Positions 16,678-26,749 of a DNA stretch of 64,000 nt are shown here, piece by piece. A model generated the notes under the pieces. It was given only the letters and a program-made list of their open reading frames with translations, was not told the DNA's origin and did not search any database. Within the stretch, counting starts at the first letter, position 1; every line of letters begins with the position of its first letter. The stretch lies in sequence record NC_070957.1; one strand, written 5' to 3'. Made by a program: the position numbers and the translations under genes.

Positions 16678-17409
16678 ATGATTAACGAACAAATGCTTGC
16701 TGGTGCCATTCGTAAGGCGATCGAACCCCTGACTTCAATCGAGGATAACAACCTCTTTATGTTTGAAGTAGGTCAGGTACTCTGTCGGTTTAAAACCAAC
16801 GTTTACATGATGTTGGACGAAGACATGTGTTACCGAGATCCCAACGAGCTGATTAACTTTGTCATCACTGCTGGTGCGGACGTTGTTAATGCGGGCGGGT
16901 ACACTGAGATCATTAAACGTGACCGAACCGTTCTTCGGATTTCTGGTGTTCATGATTACGGTGCGACTACCCTGGAACAGGGACACGAGTTCTTGTACAA
17001 CGAAGATATCAGCGATCTCATCCCTGCCGACCGTTTGGTCAGAATGCACGATACCCATTTCATGAGTGCACGTCAAGAAGGGGAAGGTGCACCCAAGAAC
17101 GATCTGGAACGATTCGAATCCTTAGGGTTCAATCTGGAAAGTGCTCACGGTTATCATTTCAACACTGATCGTTTCCTGGATTCCAGGGCCACTGTAAGTA
17201 TGACTATCAGTGGTCGTGTCTTCGCTGCGGCGTACGCTAAGAAGCGTCGTGAAACAGCCGAACGTCATCCTGGGTCTGAAGGTCGTTATCTCAGCCAGGG
17301 TCGTGAAGCTAATCGGTTGCAACGACTGGAAGATGAAAGTAATCCTGTTCCGGAAGAACGTCCTGGTTTATCCGGTCGTCAGTTCCACATGCAATTCATG
17401 GCTAAGTAA
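16678..17409 (+). CDS. Hypothetical protein
   Basis: GAGG RBS; 243 aa. Confidence 0.8.
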   Translation: MINEQMLAGAIRKAIEPLTSIEDNNLFMFEVGQVLCRFKTNVYMMLDEDMCYRDPNELINFVITAGADVVNAGGYTEIIKRDRTVLRISGVHDYGATTLEQGHEFLYNEDISDLIPADRLVRMHDTHFMSARQEGEGAPKNDLERFESLGFNLESAHGYHFNTDRFLDSRATVSMTISGRVFAAAYAKKRRETAERHPGSEGRYLSQGREANRLQRLEDESNPVPEERPGLSGRQFHMQFMAK

Positions 17410-17418
17410 GGAATGTAA

Positions 17419-17985
17419 ATGAGTAATCTCGTAATCTTAGAAACCAAGGGCAGGGGTTTTTGGAAACCCATAATTTCCGAAGATGGTGCCAAGTGGGTCG
17501 AAACAAATGTTCCCCCTCACTTTGGTTCCATCCAGGCGCACTCCACAATCATGTCGGTGGGCTATCACTGGAAGAAACATGCTGTACTGTTTAGCATCAT
17601 GGGTACCTTGCGTGGATACGACATCTTTATTAACGCATGGTCCCTTACAACCGACACCTGTACCCCTCGTCTGGTAAGAGTAAGGTTGGAAGGTCAACCA
17701 CTTGGATGGCTTTCCAAAGAGGAATCCCTGCGGTACCTCAAACGTTGGTTGTTGAGTGAAGGGCTCTACACAGTGGCAGGTTATCCTCCCAGAACCAGGA
17801 AGATGATCTATCAGATGCTGGAGGAGATAAAGGATGATCACGTAACCACTTACTACCCTGGCTATCTATACAGGTTAAGTAAACATCATGGTCGTTGGCG
17901 TTTATCTCACGACGGAAAAGTTTGCCTGGATATCAATCATCTCAATCAAATCACTCAAGCCAATCTGTACCATTTGGCCGTGTAA
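17419..17985 (+). CDS. Hypothetical protein
   Basis: AAGGA RBS; 188 aa. Confidence 0.75.
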   Translation: MSNLVILETKGRGFWKPIISEDGAKWVETNVPPHFGSIQAHSTIMSVGYHWKKHAVLFSIMGTLRGYDIFINAWSLTTDTCTPRLVRVRLEGQPLGWLSKEESLRYLKRWLLSEGLYTVAGYPPRTRKMIYQMLEEIKDDHVTTYYPGYLYRLSKHHGRWRLSHDGKVCLDINHLNQITQANLYHLAV

Positions 17986-17994
17986 GGAATAACC

Positions 17995-18435
17995 ATGTTA
18001 AAAGACCCGGTAGTCGTTTACACCGATCCAGAGAAAACCATCATCAGTACTCACGGTGAAAATCTAGCCCAGAAAGACTTTGGCCTTTACAACGAAATAA
18101 GTGAATTCAGAAGAGAGGGGTTCAAAACACCCGATCAGATCAGATCAATTCTGGATAGGGGTGGTTTCTCGTTACGTCGTCGGGTTGATGGCAAGAAAGG
18201 ATTCATTCTTGAACGCAAGTTTGGATTCACTCACATCGGGGTCATTGAAGAAATAGTGATGGAAGAAAACACCATGGCTGTTTTAGGTTGGGAAGTTCGC
18301 CAAGATAGCCATGATAAGATTTTCATTAAAGAGATCAGACATGAAGTAGGTCGCGGTAGCGAAGACTTCAACCCTAGGAAGGGATGGCTCTGTGATGTAA
18401 TCTCCTTCAGTGTGTTGCTGGATGAACTTTTGTAA
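17995..18435 (+). CDS. Hypothetical protein
   Basis: AAGGA RBS; 146 aa. Confidence 0.75.
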   Translation: MLKDPVVVYTDPEKTIISTHGENLAQKDFGLYNEISEFRREGFKTPDQIRSILDRGGFSLRRRVDGKKGFILERKFGFTHIGVIEEIVMEENTMAVLGWEVRQDSHDKIFIKEIRHEVGRGSEDFNPRKGWLCDVISFSVLLDELL

Positions 18436-18440
18436 TAACA

Positions 18441-18483
18441 TAATAAACCCCTACCCCATCCTTTCGGAGGGGTAGGGGGTCTT
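18441..18483. terminator. Bidirectional terminator; inverted near-identical copy of 36409-36449
   Basis: acccctacccc-atcctttcgga-ggggtagggggt between convergent genes. Confidence 0.85.
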
Positions 18484-18485
18484 TA

Positions 18486-19136
18486 TTAAGGATTATTTTT
18501 GATTACGTCTTCCAACTCTTTGACGTATGTCTGGAGTTCGAGGATTTGCTGACGTTGTTGTTCAATGATGATCGTTGCCGACGGTTCATCAGTGATGCGA
18601 TTTTGGCGAGACTGTTCCCATGCCTCTGCTTCCAATTTGGAAACGTATCCACGGGTAGGTACGGTAGTCACAACCACGTTAGGGTTCTGAATCCCGAATG
18701 CACCTTTCAGATACTCGTCAATGTACGCAACGGCATTATTGACACGATCTTTCAGGTGTGGTGGGCAGGAACCCAGGTCGGCCACAATGCCAACACGCTC
18801 ATAGATCACACCATCCGCAACTGGGAACGATTTGATGTAAGTAGAGAGCACATAGGTGGGACCACGACCACGACTCGCCAGAGAGACAACCACAGCGTTT
18901 TGCGAGATAGCCGTTTCAATCTGGCTGTTCACTTCACTTACATGGTTCGGGTCATCTTTGCTATACCCGAGCGGTTCGTAAATGATTTTGAACAGATCCA
19001 GTTTGAGCGCCTGCATCTCAGGGATCGTTCGGTTAGCCTCGACAGAATAGAAGACGTCTTCTTTTACCACTTTGTCGAACGGAGCTTCTGCTACGAACTT
19101 ACCAGCCGCTCTGATCGACGGAATGTTATTCGTCAT
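18486..19136 (-). CDS. Conserved phiKZ-like putative virion protein
   Basis: PSI..AGKF..EAPF...Y.VEA.RTI.EM pattern; syntenic with the neighbouring virion gene. Confidence 0.6.
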   Translation of the reverse strand: MTNNIPSIRAAGKFVAEAPFDKVVKEDVFYSVEANRTIPEMQALKLDLFKIIYEPLGYSKDDPNHVSEVNSQIETAISQNAVVVSLASRGRGPTYVLSTYIKSFPVADGVIYERVGIVADLGSCPPHLKDRVNNAVAYIDEYLKGAFGIQNPNVVVTTVPTRGYVSKLEAEAWEQSRQNRITDEPSATIIIEQQRQQILELQTYVKELEDVIKNNP

Positions 19137-20463
19137 CTACAAGACCGTCCTTAATGAATTGATAGCGGGTCGCCATGGTGATCTTGGCAACGCTACTACG
19201 TTTTGTCAGGTACATCCGACCACCGATAGTCACCCGTTGCATACCTGCCGGAGGGAGGTCTGTCGGACGGTTGACTTCCGCAGCAGCCAGCATGGATTCC
19301 AAGTCGAACACGAACTGGTGAGTCTCTTTACTCATGTAACCAGCCTGGCTGTCGTCGGACGGAATCAGTTGGTAATCAGGGAATACCTGACGGATGTGGA
19401 TCCGACCTTGGTTGTTCCGGGGCTTGCCTACAAAGGACACTGCTGCTGATTTATAGAGCGACGGAACGATCTGGAGGGATTTTATGATATCATCCTCTGC
19501 GTAGAAGTCAGCGTACTTCTTCGCAAGTGCATCTCCACCTTGGAAAGTAAAGATAGGACTCAGAGTAGAACCTTTCTGTGTCTCGTTCAACAATGCAAGC
19601 TCATTCCAGTGAGGAATGGCGATGAACTCCAGTGGGTTAAACAAGTCTGGTATGACTTCCTCCCACTTGGTTTCGGGGTGCTTGGAGTTGGAGAGAATAC
19701 AGTTTCGGATCGCCTCAAATGTTTCTTCTTCGGCGTCGTTCGGGTTCCCGTAATAAATCACCGTCCAAACAGCTTTATTGAACTTCGGCTTGTTGATCAA
19801 GTCGTAGACATTAAAGGTGTAAGTGGTGCGCAGTGTGTATGGATCGGTTTTACCAACCAGGGCATCAACACGATCTTGGACCTTATCGGTGGTTTCTTCG
19901 TACAGACGGTTTTGCACTTCTTTATAGTTGTGCTCTGCCAGATAGTCGATGTCACCAGGAGGGATAGGACCAACGACGTAGATCTCCCGGTACGGGAACT
20001 CCAGAGCAAAGGCGGCATTAGCCATCCAGATTTTGAACTCGTGGACCACCCCACCTGCTTCATAGGTGAAGTTAATGCTGGAGGGTAACCAGATAGTGCT
20101 ATTGGTCACCATCTCACCAACACTCTTCCAAACCCATCCTTTCGAGAAATTGGTCTTGAGAGCTTGGAGACAGATATTGGAATCATCAGTGATGTTTCCC
20201 TTCTTCGCCTCGTTGTACAGCCAGTCCAGCATCGTGAGAACCGGGTCTTGGTGACTCGTCGGAATCTGCTCATAGCGGTTTTCCGGGGAGTCCAATTTAA
20301 CACCACGGAATCCAACCAACAGAACGGGACTGTCTTTCTTGAAATAGAAGTCAGGTTCCTTCGCATAGGTTTTGGTCTTGTTGGTCAACTCGCCAATCGG
20401 TGAGTTAGAACCATTCCTTACCAAACCCGCCACTTCCGCGAAGCAACTGTAGAGGTTACTCAT
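19126..20463 (-). CDS. Conserved phiKZ-like virion structural protein (gp157-like by synteny)
   Basis: 445 aa; N-terminal PIGELT..TY motif; next to the RNase H-like gene as in phiKZ. Confidence 0.6.
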   Translation of the reverse strand: MSNLYSCFAEVAGLVRNGSNSPIGELTNKTKTYAKEPDFYFKKDSPVLLVGFRGVKLDSPENRYEQIPTSHQDPVLTMLDWLYNEAKKGNITDDSNICLQALKTNFSKGWVWKSVGEMVTNSTIWLPSSINFTYEAGGVVHEFKIWMANAAFALEFPYREIYVVGPIPPGDIDYLAEHNYKEVQNRLYEETTDKVQDRVDALVGKTDPYTLRTTYTFNVYDLINKPKFNKAVWTVIYYGNPNDAEEETFEAIRNCILSNSKHPETKWEEVIPDLFNPLEFIAIPHWNELALLNETQKGSTLSPIFTFQGGDALAKKYADFYAEDDIIKSLQIVPSLYKSAAVSFVGKPRNNQGRIHIRQVFPDYQLIPSDDSQAGYMSKETHQFVFDLESMLAAAEVNRPTDLPPAGMQRVTIGGRMYLTKRSSVAKITMATRYQFIKDGLVDDE

Positions 20464-20506
20464 ACTTTTTGATCCTCAGGTTATTGTACAATGAATAGGG
20501 TGTGAA

Positions 20507-20941
20507 TTGATAAAATGGTGGAACATAAAAATGTGGTTCGTGATAAGGGAGGTAACAGACCGGTTCGTTTTGAACCGGGTGGTAAACTGGGCGTCTGATA
20601 AGACCCAGAAACACCTTGTCGGTAGCCTTTCCGGTGCCGTTGTGTTCTGTGTGTTCTTACTCATGATTCTGGCTAACGTTTCCGTTAAAGCCATGACTCT
20701 GTGGTATGAACGCCGAGCTCTTCTCGACAACTTGACTCATGTAGAGGCAAGAATGTTAGACGTGCAAGAGAACACGAATCTCTTTATCGGCGTACTCCAT
20801 GAGACGAATGAATCTAAACAGGCTTTGATCGCTGACAACATCAAGTTGAAAAATGACCTTAGCTTGTTGATGCTTCGTAACAAGGAGTTGGTAAAGAGAA
20901 ATCGGCTGCTTGAAAAGGAGTTAGATCTCTCCCAGAAATAA
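20507..20941 (+). CDS. Single-TM protein with C-terminal coiled coil (start uncertain, possibly 20531)
   Basis: GAVVFCVFLLMILANV TM followed by heptad-rich sequence. Confidence 0.65.
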   Translation: MIKWWNIKMWFVIREVTDRFVLNRVVNWASDKTQKHLVGSLSGAVVFCVFLLMILANVSVKAMTLWYERRALLDNLTHVEARMLDVQENTNLFIGVLHETNESKQALIADNIKLKNDLSLLMLRNKELVKRNRLLEKELDLSQK

Positions 20942-21015
20942 AGTGATCTAAATAAAATTTCACTCAAAGAAGAATCGGTTGTCCCATAGTTAAACCCAAC
21001 GTGCAGGTATAAACA

Positions 21016-22440
21016 ATGAATGTCGTCTATTATCTTGTCAGCACAGCTATTAAAGACAAGACGGTTGGTGTTTCGGGCGGTCATGGGTATTCCTACTCAT
21101 CTCAACCCAACGGAAACACCAGAAAGTTGACCAAGGACACTCCATCCTCCTACGGATATTTCGTTAATGGAAGTCTGCAAAGCATTGCCGTCACTCAGGA
21201 AGGGATCTTCAATGGTCGTGGTCTTGGAGCACCAACACCATACGAAGCGTTCCTTTCTCACTTTGTAGCGCTGGTAGAACATCTGAAAGATAAAGAAGTC
21301 GAGAAGCTCCTGATCATACACAACTGTCCTAATGGACAGAAACTGTTGAAAGCAGCAACCCTGACCGAAAAGTTTCGTAACAACGAACTGGTTCTGAGAG
21401 CACGGGAAAGGTTCAAAGAGCTGGGTGATCGTGTCATCCTTGATGACGAGTATTACGTTAAAGGTGGCGAAGGTGCCAAGCAAGCCCATAAACAATTGGA
21501 CTTCGCAAAGGCCCTGGTAGAAGTCGGGCAACTCCAGATGGATGTCATTGATGAAATGACACCTAAAGAGTTTAAGAATCCCGAGAATGACTTCAACAAG
21601 ATAGTGACCGCATCCCGCTGGTATTTCAATACCGGTGATCGTTCGACGCATTACAACGTTGATGATAAAGGTTACTTGGAGTATAACTTTGGTCGTCCCG
21701 AGCCAGCCAAGCATTATTACGGCAAGGCCACCCCGGACACCATGTACTCCAGTTTGTTCACCAAGAAACCAATTACGGTTCTGGATAAACTGTACGACTT
21801 CTGTAAGGAACGTAAACCGAATCCATATAACCTGCTTGCAGCAGCGAATGTGGACATGGTTAAGTCCAAGGAGATTAGTCGGATTATCGACATCCTCCCT
21901 GGTACCGTGCAACGTAACAGTTTGGTAGCTCCAATGGAGATAGGTGGGAAGGAAGATCCCATCTTGGTCGATTTTATCGATCCCCCTGGTCTGTCCTACC
22001 GTATCGTTGATTTCCATGAAAAGCTTCGGTACTACCACACCTTCTTCCAGATGCGAGATGAAAATAATGTTCATGGCAAATCAGCCTTTGTGGACATTAC
22101 CAATCTTTTCTATCTTACTGACGAAAAGGGTAAAGTAAAAATCCATCCTGGGTTCACCAACAACACAATCACCATTCCCATTCCTGTGGAATGTCCTGGT
22201 TGTGTTAAACCGGTGACTATTAACTTGGCGATCAAGTATGATTGTCCTGAGCGTAATGCTTTCAACAGCCTGATCAATAACAAGGTTGTTGATTTCAAGG
22301 TATGGCTTGGTTTGGACTTCTCCAATGAGTCGGGTGTTCGGTATTACACCATCATCGAGACTCCGGAGTTCAACTATATTCATTCCAACGCTTCAGCCAA
22401 TCTGCGTGTGTACAACCTGAAAGAACTCGGTCGTAGTTAA
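21016..22440 (+). CDS. RNase H-like protein (phiKZ gp155-like), active site apparently degenerate
   Basis: 474 aa; N-terminal GGHGYSY and YYVKGG..G elements plus synteny; canonical DGS not seen. Confidence 0.5.
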   Translation: MNVVYYLVSTAIKDKTVGVSGGHGYSYSSQPNGNTRKLTKDTPSSYGYFVNGSLQSIAVTQEGIFNGRGLGAPTPYEAFLSHFVALVEHLKDKEVEKLLIIHNCPNGQKLLKAATLTEKFRNNELVLRARERFKELGDRVILDDEYYVKGGEGAKQAHKQLDFAKALVEVGQLQMDVIDEMTPKEFKNPENDFNKIVTASRWYFNTGDRSTHYNVDDKGYLEYNFGRPEPAKHYYGKATPDTMYSSLFTKKPITVLDKLYDFCKERKPNPYNLLAAANVDMVKSKEISRIIDILPGTVQRNSLVAPMEIGGKEDPILVDFIDPPGLSYRIVDFHEKLRYYHTFFQMRDENNVHGKSAFVDITNLFYLTDEKGKVKIHPGFTNNTITIPIPVECPGCVKPVTINLAIKYDCPERNAFNSLINNKVVDFKVWLGLDFSNESGVRYYTIIETPEFNYIHSNASANLRVYNLKELGRS

Positions 22441-22456
22441 GAACGTAATTAAAGTA

Positions 22457-22488
22457 ACCCTCACCTCCCTTGACGGGGAGGTGAGGGT
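22457..22488. terminator. Bidirectional terminator
   Basis: accctcacctccc-ttgacg-gggaggtgagggt between convergent genes. Confidence 0.85.
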
Positions 22489-22502
22489 CTTTATCTTATT
22501 TG

Positions 22503-23450
22503 TTATTTTTCAGAGGGGTCAAAACCCATGAACGCCTCGAGGTCGGCGGGTTCGATCATATCGATCGGCCTGAAAGCTTTTGCCACATCACCACCGGCTT
22601 CACAGAGACGGAAGATGAGTTTATTACAGCTATCGATCGCCCGGCCCAGTTCGTTGTTCATCTTGGTCAGGAAGTTGGTCACCTTGTTGGCGTGACGTTG
22701 TTCCATTTCCGTACCAGTTGCCAGCATCTTGTTATAGATCTCAGCGAACTTGGTGTTCTCTGCAACAGATTTGGATTGGAGGGCACGATAGGCACCGCGC
22801 AGTCCTTGAACCAACGATGCCAGGTTGTAAGCTTCTGCTGTGGTTTTTACGACACCGCTGAAGTTACCATCTTTACGACGCTCGATCATGGAATCGACTT
22901 TGTCGTAAGCCGCCTGGATTGCTTTGAACTCCGCTTCGAAGGTGGGGCACTTCTCACCGATGGTCTCGGCTGACTTGCAAACGTCATTGATCATGCCGTT
23001 CTTGTTAGTGACGTACTTGTCACTCAAACCCTTCAAGGTTGCAGGGAGAGGTTTGGCCAGCAGGACGTTGAGTTCTTTGGCTTTAGTCTCTGCCTTAGCT
23101 TTGACTTCCTCGGACGCTGTCTTGATTTCAGCTTCCACTGTTTTAGAGACCTTATTGGTATCAGCCACAGCTTTGGTAACAGCTTGATCTTGACCACGAC
23201 CTTTAGAGCCAAAGAAGAAGTCCTTGACCATCTTCAGAAAGTTCATTACCATTTCGTAGAACTTCTTACCAGCACCAACGATCGCAGTACCGAGACCTTC
23301 ATTCCCTGCAATGTCTTCGAGTCCATTGAGACGGAGACAGGTATGAAGGTATTCACCATCAGGACCTTCCAGTTTGCCGGTTGTGTTCAGTTCTTCAAAC
23401 CCCGCCAACAGGGCGTCGGTATGGTCCGGCATACCAAAAGCAATATTCAT
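22503..23450 (-). CDS. Putative internal head protein with propeptide
   Basis: GGAG RBS before ATG 23450; acidic N-terminus ending IAGNE, then GLGTAIVGAGKKFYEMVMNFLKMVKDFFFG, typical of phiKZ-like head paralog families. Confidence 0.6.
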   Translation of the reverse strand: MNIAFGMPDHTDALLAGFEELNTTGKLEGPDGEYLHTCLRLNGLEDIAGNEGLGTAIVGAGKKFYEMVMNFLKMVKDFFFGSKGRGQDQAVTKAVADTNKVSKTVEAEIKTASEEVKAKAETKAKELNVLLAKPLPATLKGLSDKYVTNKNGMINDVCKSAETIGEKCPTFEAEFKAIQAAYDKVDSMIERRKDGNFSGVVKTTAEAYNLASLVQGLRGAYRALQSKSVAENTKFAEIYNKMLATGTEMEQRHANKVTNFLTKMNNELGRAIDSCNKLIFRLCEAGGDVAKAFRPIDMIEPADLEAFMGFDPSEK

Positions 23451-23460
23451 GTAAAGCTCC

Positions 23461-25587
23461 TTAGAAAATATCGAGAATGTTAGCCCGCTTGAAAATAGGC
23501 ATTGCACGTTTGACAGTAAGTTCCAGATCTACTTCGAGATCTTTGTCCAGTGTAGGAACATCCCAAACCATCCCAGATTCAAAACCACCGAATGCAATCG
23601 GATTCTGGTTGAGTTGTTTCAGACCAGGGATCTTACCACCACCCATTAGTTGGTTCACCAGCTCTTCGGACCACTGCATGATATCGATGGAACGAGAGGT
23701 GATGTTTTCTTCTTTACCAGTGTCCAAGTCGAAGAGATAGACAAAGCATTCTTCATCTTGCCCACGACGATAAATCCGAGCGATGGTCTGTACCAGTTCG
23801 TAAGAACGGAACGGGGAGTTCATCAAAAGGATTTGGTTTGCCATGGTCATTTGTCTACCTTCACGCAGAGTGTTGAAGGTGGTGACGAGCGGGTTGATTT
23901 CAGGTCTGTTGGTGAACTCATTAATGATGGTGTTGATCTCATTGGTGTTCTCACCGTACAGAGGACTCGCAATCATCCCTTGTGTTTCCAGATAACTTAC
24001 TACCTCGTGCACAACGTCAACGTAAGAGGTGTAGACAAGCGTCTTCTTCTTAACAGCGTTGATGTACTTGGGAAGGTCTGCGTGAGCAATGGTAAGCCTT
24101 ACAGCTTCCATACGGGCTTTACCGAGGACATTACCCAGCGCTTCACCACGGATCTTCAAATTCACATACTTGACGGCGGATTTGATGTGACGCCAGTATT
24201 TGCGTTGTTCACCGGTCATCCCCACAGTCTGTTCCATCTCTCGCTCAAACTCGTTAGCGAACTTGGAAAGCGGACCATCGGTGGAGTTGTCGAAACCCTT
24301 GGTTCTGAACTTGTTAACGATCTCCAGATACTTGCGGAGTTTCTCGATATTGACTTTATCGTGAACCACTGCTTGTCTGTAGGCGTTAACAATGGATGTC
24401 CAGTCTTCCAGGTATTCGTCGGCCATGGATGCGTAGAAACGAACCCGATCGGTGATGAACATCGCCATTTCAGCGCGAATAGCGTCCAGAGTGAAGTTCT
24501 CTGCACCAGGGAACTTAACCTTCACGATGATAGGTTCCGGAGGACTATCCATATTCGTAATTGCAGAAATGGTGTACTTGATCCGACCCAGTCGATGCGC
24601 AAGCATCTCGTTAAGGTAGGTGTTGTCGCGACCATAGAGCTTGAGGAACTGACTGTGTACAGCTTCATCGAACATCGGGTCGATGATGTTGAAGAGTGTA
24701 AAGGTTTCTTTACCCTGTGCCTTAATCGGCGTTCCGGACATCATCAAGACATCGGAAATAAATGGGTTCTTGCAAAACGAAGCCAAACCTTTGGACTGAG
24801 AAGAAGTGTGTACGTTGTAGTTATGGGATTCATCAACAATAACTTTGGCGGGATTCCTTCCTGACTTAGTGATTGTTTTGATGGCCAGATCCCATTCACC
24901 GGTTCGGATTTGTTCTTTGTGGATAATGAATATCTTGGCGTCCAGGTGATCCATGATATCAGTACCGTCCAAAGTGGACCAAACCTTTGGTGGGTTTTTG
25001 TACAGTTTGTTGATCTCTTCTTTCCAAGGGTTATCGACCAATCCCTTAGGAACGATAACGAAGATAGCTCCGTCACTGATCATCTCCGCCCAGATCAGAG
25101 ACGTTGGGGTCTTACCACTCCCTACTGCCGCATCCAGAAGACAACCACGTAGTTTGAACCCCTCTCTGATCCCATTGTAATTATCTAAGAAATCACGCTG
25201 GTCAGGATATGGTGTGATGGTAAATTTCTTCAGTGCTTTATTGACGTCATGGGACGGGAAAGTACGGAAAGTGCTTTCAACCCAAGTCTGAGTTTTGATC
25301 TCATCGTAGAGTTGTTTGTACTTGTGCATACCAACGTAGTAGCGGTCAACAACACGCTTGTTACTTTGGTTTGTAAGATGATGAATCAACCAGGTGAATT
25401 CGATCATAAAGAACTGGTGAATCTTAAACGACCTTGAGGAGGTCCGAGTAATCAGGCGGCTGAATATTACGCTCGTTCCGAAATTACTCGATAAATCGTG
25501 TTCGAATGCTTTTACATTTATACCACTTACGGTATAGTAGGAACCCACCTTTTCTATTTTAGGTGAGAAGTTAAAGAAACCCTGCAT
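23461..25587 (-). CDS. SF2 (SNF2/DExH-like) helicase
   Basis: GSGKT, VIVDESHN, MSGTP, REGRQMTMAN, QTIARIYRRGQ. Confidence 0.9.
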   Translation of the reverse strand: MQGFFNFSPKIEKVGSYYTVSGINVKAFEHDLSSNFGTSVIFSRLITRTSSRSFKIHQFFMIEFTWLIHHLTNQSNKRVVDRYYVGMHKYKQLYDEIKTQTWVESTFRTFPSHDVNKALKKFTITPYPDQRDFLDNYNGIREGFKLRGCLLDAAVGSGKTPTSLIWAEMISDGAIFVIVPKGLVDNPWKEEINKLYKNPPKVWSTLDGTDIMDHLDAKIFIIHKEQIRTGEWDLAIKTITKSGRNPAKVIVDESHNYNVHTSSQSKGLASFCKNPFISDVLMMSGTPIKAQGKETFTLFNIIDPMFDEAVHSQFLKLYGRDNTYLNEMLAHRLGRIKYTISAITNMDSPPEPIIVKVKFPGAENFTLDAIRAEMAMFITDRVRFYASMADEYLEDWTSIVNAYRQAVVHDKVNIEKLRKYLEIVNKFRTKGFDNSTDGPLSKFANEFEREMEQTVGMTGEQRKYWRHIKSAVKYVNLKIRGEALGNVLGKARMEAVRLTIAHADLPKYINAVKKKTLVYTSYVDVVHEVVSYLETQGMIASPLYGENTNEINTIINEFTNRPEINPLVTTFNTLREGRQMTMANQILLMNSPFRSYELVQTIARIYRRGQDEECFVYLFDLDTGKEENITSRSIDIMQWSEELVNQLMGGGKIPGLKQLNQNPIAFGGFESGMVWDVPTLDKDLEVDLELTVKRAMPIFKRANILDIF

Positions 25588-25602
25588 AACGGAACCTTAG
25601 TC

Positions 25603-26700
25603 ATGAAGAAATTGGAAAGTTTGAATTTTGAGAACCTGATCAACCATGTTTACGCCATGGGTTTACAGCTCGGTGAGAACATCGATTGCGCCGCTGATGA
25701 TAAAGTGGTTGATGGTCATGTCATAGCATCGGTTGGTGTCCACCGTTTCGTGGTTCGTAACGACACCTGGGACACTTTCGTCAACGTGGTGAACAACGGT
25801 ACAACCGACGAGTTTTACGGAATGGTCAACTCCGTTCAAGTGGCTATTCGTTACGAGGTGATCATGGAATCACCCAACGATTACAAAGTCATTCCTGTCG
25901 TTGGCACCGAAGTGAAAGAAATTCCGAAGGCGTTGGAGCAGCTCTTGCTGGAACGCACAACAGGTCTGATGAGCATCTGTGCCGGGGCAATGGGTCGGAT
26001 CGCCAAACTCGTGAATATCGCTCAAGATCGAAACCAGCGTAATGGCGAACTGGTCAAAGACTTTGATGCGATGCTCACTTTCAACACTGAGCTCGGTCAT
26101 GGCTTCAAGCCAGAACTCTGCTTCGACAAGATTCCGGCCATTCTTCGTGAATACGAAGGTTTCCATATCGACCGCACTCCGTTCACTCAGGAGCTCAAGG
26201 AGCAATTCCTGACCCACGAGTACAAACTGATCGACCGTGAGCTGGAAATCCTCCACGACGTCGTACAGGCGTTCCTGAACTCCAAAGCAGTCAAGTCTAT
26301 GGTCTTGGCCGAGGAGCTCGCGATCAACGTAGTAAACAGTGCACTGGTCGCACCACTGCTGGATCAGCAAATCACCTTTATCAGTTTCGGCGGAGTTGAC
26401 AACTGGCGGTTGACCGGGGATCTCACTCCTAACAGTCAGAAGTGTCACGACATCATGGATGTTGAAATCGAAAGTATCATGGACATGCTTCGGACACTCC
26501 CGCTGGAAGAAGGTGTCGACTATTGGGCGATCGATACCAAGACTCTCAACGTTTACGGCCGGACCGAACTGAATGCAACCAGTGAGAAACCTCACGACAT
26601 TTCGGAAGCTATTTCCCTGAGCTATTGTGATGGTCTCCTTGAACTGTTGAAAGTTCGTCTGAGCATGCACGATAACAAACACGTTATCACTATCAACTAA
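25603..26700 (+). CDS. Hypothetical protein
   Basis: 365-aa ORF with phage codon bias; terminator downstream. Confidence 0.8.
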   Translation: MKKLESLNFENLINHVYAMGLQLGENIDCAADDKVVDGHVIASVGVHRFVVRNDTWDTFVNVVNNGTTDEFYGMVNSVQVAIRYEVIMESPNDYKVIPVVGTEVKEIPKALEQLLLERTTGLMSICAGAMGRIAKLVNIAQDRNQRNGELVKDFDAMLTFNTELGHGFKPELCFDKIPAILREYEGFHIDRTPFTQELKEQFLTHEYKLIDRELEILHDVVQAFLNSKAVKSMVLAEELAINVVNSALVAPLLDQQITFISFGGVDNWRLTGDLTPNSQKCHDIMDVEIESIMDMLRTLPLEEGVDYWAIDTKTLNVYGRTELNATSEKPHDISEAISLSYCDGLLELLKVRLSMHDNKHVITIN

Positions 26701-26706
26701 CAAACA

Positions 26707-26743
26707 AAAGACCCTAGGGCCGGTTTCCCAGCCCTAGGTCTTT
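26707..26743. terminator. Bidirectional terminator
   Basis: aaagaccctagggc...gccctaggtcttt. Confidence 0.75.
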
Positions 26744-26749
26744 ATGGTA

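Noticed and set aside
20507-20941. Possible i-spanin
   Set aside because: TM plus coiled coil fits, but no nested or adjacent lipobox o-spanin was found and it is far from the endolysin; left as a membrane protein
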